NCBI GenBank assembly: GCA_043228905.1 | Contig: JBHGNT010000017.1 | Location: forward strand, 9,176,001 to 9,240,000 | Length of the DNA stretch: 64,000 bases | DNA from: Azolla caroliniana | Taxonomy: Eukaryota; Plantae; Polypodiophyta | Direction of reading: 5' to 3' | Part shown: positions 26,028 through 35,138 of the stretch, piece by piece | Numbering within the stretch: the stretch's first letter is position 1 | Layout of the letters: each line of letters starts with the position of its first letter | Position numbers and translations under genes: made by a program | The notes under the pieces: generated by a model | What the model saw: the letters and a program-made list of their open reading frames with translations, nothing else | Databases searched by the model: none | What the model was told of the DNA's origin: nothing

Positions 26028-26081
26028 AGCGGACTGTTGCGGAGTGGGGAAGTGATAGTCCGAGAAGCCCTGATACCCCAC
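26018..26081 (+). other. Predicted -1 ribosomal frameshift signal (G GAU UUU plus H-type pseudoknot)
   Basis: Heptamer 26018-26024; stem 1 pairs 26030-26038 with 26054-26062; stem 2 pairs GTGGGG 26044-26049 with CCCCAC 26076-26081; the -1 frame is open into pol. Confidence 0.75.
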
Positions 26082-29000
26082 ACAGGAAGAAAACTCTCGG
26101 AGCAAAACAAGTACGAATCGGGCCGGATGGGGCATCTACGTACACGGTCGTAACCGGAGGAATGAAGAAACAATACCGACAAGTGGAGGATAAGTTACGG
26201 TCGGCATCAATAATAAAAGAAGACGAAGAAATCGTGGGAGTGATCGAGGAAGTGTTCTATGGGAATACACTACAACGGCTTGAAGAGCTTGCGGAAGATA
26301 AAAGCCAAGGGAACCGGGTAGTCCCGGTGGAATCGGTCGAGATGTACGAGATCGTTGCGAAAATGGGGCCGGATGCGCTCCGCAAAGAAGAAGCAATGGT
26401 AAGTACGAAATACAAGACCGTGGAGAAGAAGGTAAAACCGGCCGCGGGACCACTACCCGCCGATAGCGAACAAAAGAGGAAAGAAGTCTCGGGAGATCCG
26501 ACACTTCGGAAGACCGTGGATATCGGACATGCCTTCACAGATGAGACCCGGAAGAAACTTCGGATCGGTGGAGGTGGGTTCCTCTTACAAGAAGAAGAAA
26601 AACGGTTTCGAGAGATGTTGGAGCAACACGGCAAAGCATTCGCGTTCACATCGAGGGAGATCGGATGCATTGATCCAAAGATAGTGGAGCCGATGGTGAT
26701 TTTCACGATTGATCATGTACCGTGGAACCTGAAGCCGATTCCGGTGCCACGGGCGCATATTCCGAAAGTCATCGACTTGCTCAAGGAGAAGGTGGCGATG
26801 GGGATTCTAGAGCCATCAAGTGCTCCGTACTCAAATCGATGGTTTACGGTTCCGAAGAAGAATGGGTCACTCCGATTCATCCAAGACTTGCAACCGGTGA
26901 ACAAGGTCACGATCCGGAACTCGGGAGTCGGTCCGATAGTGGACGAATTCGCGGAAGCTTTTGCCGGACGTGCGATATACTCCATCGGGGACCTATACTC
27001 GGGGTATGACCAATTCCAACTAGCCGTGGAGAGCCGAGACATCACTACCATGCGGACACCGATAGGACTAGTTCGAATGTGCACACTACCACAAGGAGCG
27101 ACAAACTCGGTTGCACATATGATGAACGCGATGAACAAGGTGCTTCGAGATTGCATCCCGGAGATAACGATGCCGTTTCTAGATGACATTCCGATGAAAG
27201 GATGCGCGGTGGAAGAAAAAGATGAGACTATGGATGATCGGGGATGCCGAAAGTTCGTGGTCGACCATATTCATGATTGCGAGAAAGTGTTGCGAAAGCT
27301 AGAAGATGTGCACCTAACACTTTCCGGGGAGAAATCGGCATTCGGGCAAGAAGAAATATTGGTGGTCGGACATCTATGTGGACCCTACGGCCGAAGACCG
27401 TCACCAACAAAGATCGATGTGATTCAAGCTATGAAGGAAGTATGTGAGTCAACGTCGGAAGTCCGAAGGTTTCTAGGTGCGTGTGCATTCTATCACATAT
27501 GGATTCCGCACTATGCACATATAGCGGACCCGCTCTATCACTTGTTGCGGAAAGGTAAGAAATTCGAGTGGAAACCGGAACACACTAAAGCCATGAGGAA
27601 GCTCAAGAAGACACTATGGAGGGCGGAATCACTTAAGAAGCCAAGCTACGAGCGGCCAATCATAGTAACGGTTGATACAAGTCCAACCGGTATTGGGTGG
27701 GTCATCAATCAAGCCGACTCGGATGGTTCGCGGTATCCGATCCGATTTGGAGCAAAGGTCCTCAACGAAAGGCAACGCGGATATGCACAAGTCAAAAGAG
27801 AATTGTGGGGAGTCGTGTCGGCGATAAAATCGGATCGGGATTATTTGATCGGAGCTGAAGTGGTGATCGAGACGGATTGTCTTCCGATACTCGGGATGAT
27901 GCGGTGTTGTACGATACCGGATGTGGCTATGCTAAGGTGGATTGCATATGTCAAGTCACTTAATCCGGAGGTTCGACACATCTCGGGGAAGGACAACGCG
28001 GTAGCGGACATGTTATCGAGGGCGCGGTTTGAAGACGACATAACCGAATCAGATAATGAAGAAGTTTCTGAAGACTACTTCACGTCAGAACACATATGCC
28101 GAGTGAACGTGATCCGAGAATTCCGGGAAGAAGAATACGAGGGGGAAACCTTGATGATCGGGAAGATGCTACAAGAGGTCGAGGATTCATCCAATGATAA
28201 AGAAAGGAGAGCCGAGATCCGAAGGAAGAAGAGGCAAGTCCAAAAGTTCTTCTTGGAAAACGGTTTAATATGGAGGACGCCGAAAAGACCGGATGGGATA
28301 CCACTTCGAGTAGTCGGGACGAAAGAGCAACGAAACCGGATAATGTCCGAGTTCCACGAATCCGATTGGGCTGGACATCGAGGAACATGGGCAACTTTTG
28401 TGAAAATCAAGCAAAGGTATTGGTGGAAGAACATGTATAAAGATGTCGCGGAGTTCACAGAAAGCTGCGAGAAATGCCAAGTCTACTCCGGGGTCCGACA
28501 CCGAGATGAGCTGCATCCAACATTCTCACCGACAATCAACTTCAAGTGGATGGTCGACATTGTAGCTATGCCGACCGGGATTGGACAAAAGAAATACTTG
28601 GTGTTAGCTCGAGAAGATCTCACAAACCAAGTTGAAGGTCGAGCGCTTCGGAGGAAAACGTGTGCCGCGGTGTGCCAATTTCTTTTGGAAGAAGTGTTTT
28701 GTAGGTACGGCTGCGTAGGACAAGTGATTGCGGACCGGGGAGAACTCGACTCGGACAAAGCTAGGGGATTCTTCGCCAAACATGGAGTTCGGTTAACGTT
28801 GACAACGGCCTACAATCCGGAGGCCAACGGGAAGATCGAACGAGGACATAGTCCGATCGTGAAAGCACTTGCGAAGGCATGCGACGGAAGGGTGAAGGAT
28901 TGGCCACAAATGCTTCCGTATGCACTATGGGCGGATCGGACGACGCATAGCTCCGTGACCGGTTACATGCCGGCAGAACTCATGACCGGACAAGCACCGG

Positions 29001-29629
29001 TAATGCCAACGGAAACCGCAATCGCGACATGGACAATACTACCGTGGAAGGAAGAGATGAGCCGGGAAGAACTACTAGCGGTCCGGATACGACAACTGGA
29101 GGGAAGACCGAAAGATGTAGCGGAAGCGTCACGCCGACAACAAGAAGCACGGTTCCGGAACAAAAGCCGGTTCGACACAAAGCACCGACTACGACCGAGG
29201 AGGATTGAAGAAGGAGATTGGGTGATCGTCTATGATAGTAGCTTGGACCATCAACATACAACGATGCGGAAATTCGCGAAAAGGTGGTTCGGGCCGTACG
29301 AGGTTCGGAAGGTCTTCGACAACGGGACGTACCGACTGTCCGAGTTGGATGGAACAATACTACGAGTGCCTATAGCCGGGAAGCGGGTGAAGATTTTCAA
29401 GAAGCGGACCGACGACAAACCTTATGTGATCCAAGTCGAGGCCGACAACGAGGAGCAATCGGACGAAGACCACAATGATGCGGGAAGCGAAGAAAGTGGA
29501 TTACAACTCATAGTCGACATAAGGGGAGAATCGGAGGAAGCTTCGGATGAAGACGGATACGAAGAATCAAGAACTTCGGCACATACCGGAGGATGTGCGG
29601 GTTTGGAGGGGGCGAGTGTCGTAGTGTAG
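26024..29629 (+). CDS. Element B Pol (RT, RNase H, integrase) in the -1 frame; first ATG at 26162
   Basis: LPQG and FLDD (RT); VDTSPTGIG (RH); HHCC motif, DRGE, YNPEANGKIER and GPY (INT); acidic tail; stop lies just inside the 3' LTR. Confidence 0.93.
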   Translation, partial: LKRTVAEWGSDSPRSPDTPHRKKTLGAKQVRIGPDGASTYTVVTGGMKKQYRQVEDKLRSASIIKEDEEIVGVIEEVFYGNTLQRLEELAEDKSQGNRVVPVESVEMYEIVAKMGPDALRKEEAMVSTKYKTVEKKVKPAAGPLPADSEQKRKEVSGDPTLRKTVDIGHAFTDETRKKLRIGGGGFLLQEEEKRFREMLEQHGKAFAFTSREIGCIDPKIVEPMVIFTIDHVPWNLKPIPVPRAHIPKVIDLLKEKVAMGILEPSSAPYSNRWFTVPKKNGSLRFIQDLQPVNKVTIRNSGVGPIVDEFAEAFAGRAIYSIGDLYSGYDQFQLAVESRDITTMRTPIGLVRMCTLPQGATNSVAHMMNAMNKVLRDCIPEITMPFLDDIPMKGCAVEEKDETMDDRGCRKFVVDHIHDCEKVLRKLEDVHLTLSGEKSAFGQEEILVVGHLCGPYGRRPSPTKIDVIQAMKEVCESTSEVRRFLGACAFYHIWIPHYAHIADPLYHLLRKGKKFEWKPEHTKAMRKLKKTLWRAESLKKPSYERPIIVTVDTSPTGIGWVINQADSDGSRYPIRFGAKVLNERQRGYAQVKRELWGVVSAIKSDRDYLIGAEVVIETDCLPILGMMRCCTIPDVAMLRWIAYVKSLNPEVRHISGKDNAVADMLSRARFEDDITESDNEEVSEDYFTSEHICRVNVIREFREEEYEGETLMIGKMLQEVEDSSNDKERRAEIRRKKRQVQKFFLENGLIWRTPKRPDGIPLRVVGTKEQRNRIMSEFHESDWAGHRGTWATFVKIKQRYWWKNMYKDVAEFTESCEKCQVYSGVRHRDELHPTFSPTINFKWMVDIVAMPTGIGQKKYLVLAREDLTNQVEGRALRRKTCAAVCQFLLEEVFCRYGCVGQVIADRGELDSDKARGFFAKHGVRLTLTTAYNPEANGKIERGHSPIVKALAKACDGRVKDWPQMLPYALWADRTTHSSVTGYMPAELMTGQAPVMPTETAIATWTILPWKEEMSREELLAVRIRQLEGRPKDVAEASRRQQEARFRNKSRFDTKHRLRPRRIEEGDWVIVYDSSLDHQHTTMRKFAKRWFGPYEVRKVFDNGTYRLSELDGTILRVPIAGKRVKIFKKRTDDKPYVIQVEADNEEQSDEDHNDAGSEESGLQLIVDIRGESEEASDEDGYEESRTSAHTGGCAGLEGASVVV

Positions 29630-32600
29630 GTTGCACACTATGTGGAAATTATATTTTTGTCCCTCCGGATAGAGAATGGAGTGCTCGGTGAGAACCGGAA
29701 GAAAACGGCATACCGGCAAGGAGGGAAAACGGCATACCGGCAAGAAGGAAGAAAACGGCATACCGGCAAGGAGGGAAAACGGCATACCGGCAAGGAGGAA
29801 AAACGGCATACCGGCAAGGAAGAAAACGGCATACCGGCAAGGAAGAGCCGGATAAAGAGACATAAATGTAAAAAGAAAGGAAATACTCACTACTGCGCAA
29901 GGCGTGATTCGAACTCTGCACCTCCACGTTGACAAACCCCAACCTTACCATTACATTAACTTATCTTAAGTGTTTTAAATATAGATTTAATACGTATAAG
30001 ACCTTTATTTATGCATACCTTTATTAAAAGGTAAATCGTGTATTTTTTTAATATATGAAAAAGAAAAACGCGAGACACTAAAAATAACTCATGCACATCT
30101 AGCGTGCATGAGCCCTATACTTAGGAAATAAAAAAGCATCACATGCACATTTAGTGGACAGGAACACTAAAAAAAAAAAAGCATGAAGCCATGCTTAGCT
30201 CTTCCTTCCTTATATAAGGAGGAGAGAAATATGTAAAGGGTTGTTGATTATTTGGATTAAGTATTAATTAATACAAAAATTATTCGTGGGATTCACGATT
30301 TATACGTCTACTTCTCTCTTAACACCCTAAGTACCAATTAATATAGTATACTCGTGTGATTCACGAGTTTCTTATCTTTCTCTTCGTTATTTATTCATAA
30401 TTAATCTCTATCTCACGAACTTCTTTCTCCTAGTCCAAGACCTCTGTGGTTCCCACCCGACTCACGCAACGATCCGGAGCCGAAAGGCACGACAACGCGC
30501 AAAGAGAAAGGGAAGAAGATGGTGTCGGATTCCGGCACGGATAGGAACGAGTCAGACCGACGCGAGTCCGACTCCGAGGGAACCAGTGACGGGTCTTTAA
30601 AGGTGAAGTCCGCGTGGACCGAGAAGGCCTCGACCTCGGCTAATGTGAGATTACGGCGATCTACCCGCCAGAAGAACCCTATTCTGCGGTTCGGATACAA
30701 CGAGTACTTGGCGCATCATTATGCGTACATGACCCGTGTAGCGGAAGTGCATGAGCCGGAGAGCTATGCAGAAGCGGCTAAGGACGTGAATTGGCATGCC
30801 GCGATGGAGGAAGAGATGCACGCATTGGCGGAGAACGAGACCTGGGACCTGGTTGCACACCAATAGGGGTAAAACCGATCGGGTGTAGGTGGGTGTACAA
30901 GGTCAAGTACAACACCGATGGCTCGGTCAACCGGTACAAGGCTCGGCTAGTGGCAAAGGGCTACACGCAGAAACACGACATCGACTACGATGAGACATTT
31001 GCGTCGGTTGCAAAAATGACGATCGTCCGTGTTTTGCTCGCAGTAGCTGCGGTGAAGGGGTGGCACTTACATCAGATGGATGTAAAGAATGCGTTCCTGC
31101 AAGGTGACCTTGAGGAACAGGTGTACATGGTACAGCCCCCCGGATTTCACTCTGGAACGAACTCCTCGGTAGTATGCCGACTAAAGAAGTCCCTTTACGG
31201 ACTGAAGCAAGCCCCGCGTGCCTGGAACGCGAAGATCACGCAACAACTGCGTCGAATGGACTTCGTCACGTCAACATCGGACTCTTCCCTGTTCATCCGG
31301 AAAGGTCGACTCAGACCGGTTAGTATTTTACTATATGTTTATAACTTAGTCATCACCGGCGCCGACCTAGGTGAAATCGACCGCGTGAAGCTCCAGCTTG
31401 CGGCATCGTTCGACATGAAGGATCTAGGGGACCTTCATTACTTCCTCGGGATCGAAGTGATCTGTACCCCCGAAAGCATATTGATTAGCCAACATCATTA
31501 CGTGCTGAGTATGCTCTTCAAATTCGGGATGGCCGACTGTAAGTCCGTCTCGACTCCTCTGGACAGAACTGTCAAGCTTCGTCCCAATACGGGAAAGGTA
31601 TGCGACCCGACGAGGTTCCGACAAATTGTCGGAAGCCTCATATACTTGACCATCACCCGACCCGACCTCAGTTATCCGGTCGGAGTGATCAGTCAGTTCA
31701 TGGCGCGACCTACCGGGGAGCACCTCCAGTGTGCGCAACGCATACTTCGGTATGTCAACGGCACTAAGGACCGGGGACTGCTATATCGGACCGGTGCAGC
31801 CGTGCAGTTAGTCGGCTACACCGATGTTGATTGGGCTGGCAATGCCGCCGATCGCCGATCCACGTCCGGATACGCGTTCTCCCTCGGGAGTGCCGCGATC
31901 GCGTGGAGCAGTAAGAAGCAGCCGACAGTTGCACTGTCGAGCACCGAAGCTGAGTACCGAGGAGCGGCTGTCGCGACATGCGAAGCCATATGGTTTAAGC
32001 GGCTATTTAGGGACCTGCAAGAGTAGGTGTCAGATCCGACGATGATCTACTGCGACAACCTCAGCAGCATCCAGCTCACGAAAAACCCTGTTTTCCATGC
32101 ACGGACCAAGCACATTGAGGTGCACTACCATTTCGTCCGTGAGCGTGTCCTTTCCGGTGAAGTCGAACTTCAGTACGTTCCGACGGATCGACAGACTGCC
32201 GACATCTTCACCAAGCCTCTTGGTCTGGACAAGTTGCGGCAATTCTCAAGTGCGCTCGGATTGCGTCACCTCGACGTGCCAAACTTGAGGGGGAGAACAG
32301 TCCCGAACGACCAAGCAAGGCAGCAGGAAAGGAGTGGAGACCGCGACACCACCGAGTCGGTTGACTCGGTTGTCGAGTTCGACTTCGGATCAGCTGAAGA
32401 AGCCGAGGGCGGACCCGCGGAAAAGTTCGGAAGAGGACAGAAGGGGAGCAGTCGAAGGAGAGAGCCGAAGCCAACCATGCATGGGGAAGATGACGCCATC
32501 GAGGGCGAGAAGACCGAAGACAAGTTGGAGACAGCCAACTCGGACGAGAGAAAAAACCGATCGGAGGTAGTCGAGTCGGTTCGGATGTTTGATTCAGATA

Positions 32601-33702
32601 CGTTGAACCAACCGAGGCCCAAGCGGAAGAAAAGGAAGCAGAAGAAGCGTCAACACCGCAACAGTAGAAGAGCTTATAAGGGCCACATGAGCAGACAAGC
32701 CGACCGGAAGGGTCGAAGCGCGCGCAGTCGAACAGGTCGTGGAGCGCGAGCGAGGCGTGAAGCCAGGAGGAACCGGAGCTGTGAGCCCGGAGATCCCGAA
32801 GAGGCTCAAGTTGAGCTTGAGGGGGAGTGTTGAGAGACAAGCTCAACATCGGCCGGATCGGCTGAAGAAGCCGAGGACCGGATCGGTTGGGACCGATCGG
32901 TTAGGCCGAATGCGTAAACCGGTACGCAGACCGGTGCGTAGGTAGGGCCAGATCGGTGCGTAAACCGGGAGGCCGTTAGGAAAGATATTCCGTGAGGAAT
33001 ATATTTGGGAGTTAGTGTAGGAGCTCTTAATGAGCATTGAAGTACTGTCAGTACTTCGGTTAGTCCTTCTAGGACTTGTATAAAAGTGTTCATTGAACAC
33101 ACATATGTATAGAGTGTGGTGAATAGAGATTGAGTACCCTTTTTGAATATAGTTCTTGTTTTTCCTCTCTCTCTCTTACTCTCTCTGTCTCTCCCGCGTA
33201 TACTGCGTAAGCTCAAGCTCTCCATTAAACCTGAGTTTTCTTCCTTCTGTTCGGTCTTCATACTTGCTTCCACATGTTACTTTTTACATAAGTCATATTT
33301 ATACTAATATGACTTTTCGTCTATTTACAAATATAGCCCCCGATGGACTCTCAGAAACATATTTGCGAATATGTCCCTTCATCCGGTGAGCACTCCTCAC
33401 CGGGCCTGCATCATCCGGCGCTTGTCGGGCACATGTCATCCGGTTCTCACCGGGTCTTCCGTAGCCGGGTACTCCACATCCAACTCTCACCGGGTCTTCA
33501 CCATCCGGCTCTTGCCGGGTACTTGTCATCTAGCTCTCACCGGGTCTTCCGTAGCCGGGTACACCACATCCGGTTTTGGCCGAGGCCTGCTCATCAGTAT
33601 TGTTCTTCTCACTTCCCATCCGGAGGGACCTGTTTCCCAACATGTCGCCTCCCCCCACGGTACTACCCCCAAGTTCAAAGAGTAGTACTCTTCTAACCCG
33701 CT

Positions 33703-34290
33703 GGTTCCTTCGAGGAGACTTACTCCTCGAACCCCTCACCACCGGTTCAAGGAGAGGCCCTCCTCGGACCCCATGCCAATTCGAGGAGAGGTTCTCTTCG
33801 AACCCCTTCTCCCCGATTTGAAGAGACTCACTCCTTGAAACCCTCACCACCGGTTCGAGGAGAGGTTCTCTTCAAACCCCTTCTCCCCGGTTCGAAGAGA
33901 CTCACTCCTCGAACCCCTCACCACCGATTCCAGGAGAGGTTCTTCCCCCTGGTTCGAGGAGACTTACTCCTCGAACCCCTCACCATCAGTTCGAGGAGAG
34001 GTTCTCTTCGAACCCCTTCTCCCCGGTTTGAAGAGATTTACTCCTCAAACCCCTCACCACCGGTTCGAGGAGAGGTTCTCTTAGAACCCCTTCTCCCCGG
34101 TTCGAAGAGACTTACTCCTCGAACCCCTCACCACAGGTTCGAGGAAAGTCCCTCCTTGAACCCCGTGACGATTCAAGGAGAGGTTCTCTTTGAACCCCTT
34201 CCCCCCATTTCGAAGAGCCTTACTCGAACCCCTCATCACCAGTTCGAGGAGAGGTGCTTTTCGAACCCCTTCCCCCGGTTCACAGAGAGA
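33703..34290. repeat. Array of about 16 palindromic 37-bp units alternating as 74-bp dimers
   Basis: GGTTCGAGGAG-AGGTT-CTCTTCGAACC-CCTTCTCCCC alternating with GGTTCGAAGAG-ACTCA-CTCCTCGAACC-CCTCACCACC. Confidence 0.9.
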
Positions 34291-34513
34291 GTTCAGGCAC
34301 TAACCCGTCAATCCCTTTCCCAAATAAATCTAAATACCATTACCCCTCAAAACACCTCATCCTACTTTCAATTCTACTAACTATTACTAGTCGCAATAAA
34401 TCATTCACACCAATAGGTCAATACACTATCATTGGTAGACAAGGGTAAAGGCACGTAAGAATTAGTACACCCCATACAACTATACTAATCTTTGTCCAAG
34501 CAGGTTATAATCG

Positions 34514-35017
34514 ATGGCGTCCACCCCATTCACCAAGCTCCTCCACGCATACTACCCCGATGCCGGTTGTGGCTCCTTGGTAATTCAAGCCGAGTTCAAC
34601 AACACCCATTGTACCTACCAGGTACCCACTGCCGCCACGCAACTCAAGCACCTTGAGCCTGATGTTTTTGACCCCCTTTCCCAACTAGGCCTCAAATTCT
34701 TCCCCGGGATTGGCCCTTGGGGTGTACTGCCCAAGCTGGTCAACCGGTCCCTCACAGGATACAACCCCGATACCAACCACATTCGCATGCACACCTTCTC
34801 AGATGCTACCCCTGTCGAGTTCCAGTTCAACGTCGCTAATGTTTGCACTACACTACATTTGCCGGTGGATGACATTCCCTTCCACACCACGAAGGCCCCT
34901 GGCATCGTCCCCAACATCATCCCCGCCGCCTACATGGAGTATTCCGGACACGAAGGTTGGCGTTTCACTGAAACCCCCCCTCTCCCTTCGCCGGCTACAA
35001 CACCTCCACGTGGATAG
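34514..35017 (+). CDS. gypsy-1 3' accessory ORF, tentatively plant-mobile-domain-like or Athila-ORF-like, probably truncated
   Basis: ATG-initiated 167 aa; LGLKFF...LVNRSLTGYNPDTNHI...FNVANVCTTLHLP resembles the PMD-type pattern by eye only. Confidence 0.4.
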   Translation: MASTPFTKLLHAYYPDAGCGSLVIQAEFNNTHCTYQVPTAATQLKHLEPDVFDPLSQLGLKFFPGIGPWGVLPKLVNRSLTGYNPDTNHIRMHTFSDATPVEFQFNVANVCTTLHLPVDDIPFHTTKAPGIVPNIIPAAYMEYSGHEGWRFTETPPLPSPATTPPRG

Positions 35018-35138
35018 CCGGCCCCAAGAAGAACTTCTTCACGAAGACCGATCAAATGCAAGAAATACACTTACCGCCGCTCAACATCCGACGTCCCACA
35101 GTGCACTCGAGAGTGTGCACTCATTAGGTTTGGGGGGA

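Larger units (their letters stand above)
23170..30494 (+). mobile_element. Intact, very young Ty3/gypsy element B (possibly a Ylt1-like lineage shared with fungi)
   Basis: LTRs 23170-23949 and 29617-30494 differ by one SNP and a 98-bp indel by eye; 4-bp TSD ACGC; tRNA-Trp PBS; two open ORFs. Lineage assignment is inference. Confidence 0.95.
16186..33288 (+). mobile_element. Full-length Ty1/copia element C, with premature stops and three nested insertions
   Basis: LTRs 16186-16644 and 32828-33288, perfect TSD TAAGT, PBS TGGTATCAGAGC (16645-16656), PPT GAGGGGGAG. Encodes gag (KLDRTNYASW), PR (YVDSGASNHM), INT (HSDVWGP), RT and RH. Confidence 0.95.
15822..33642 (-). mobile_element. Solo LTR, family X, reverse orientation, split by copia C (halves 15822-16185 and 33289-33642)
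   Basis: Reverse-complement homology to 1905-2612 across both halves; TG...CA ends; TSD CGTCG/TGTCG (one C>T). Confidence 0.85.

Noticed and set aside
33703-34290. CRISPR-like array of 37-bp palindromes
   Set aside because: No unique spacers, no cas genes, eukaryotic context; it is a tandem repeat.
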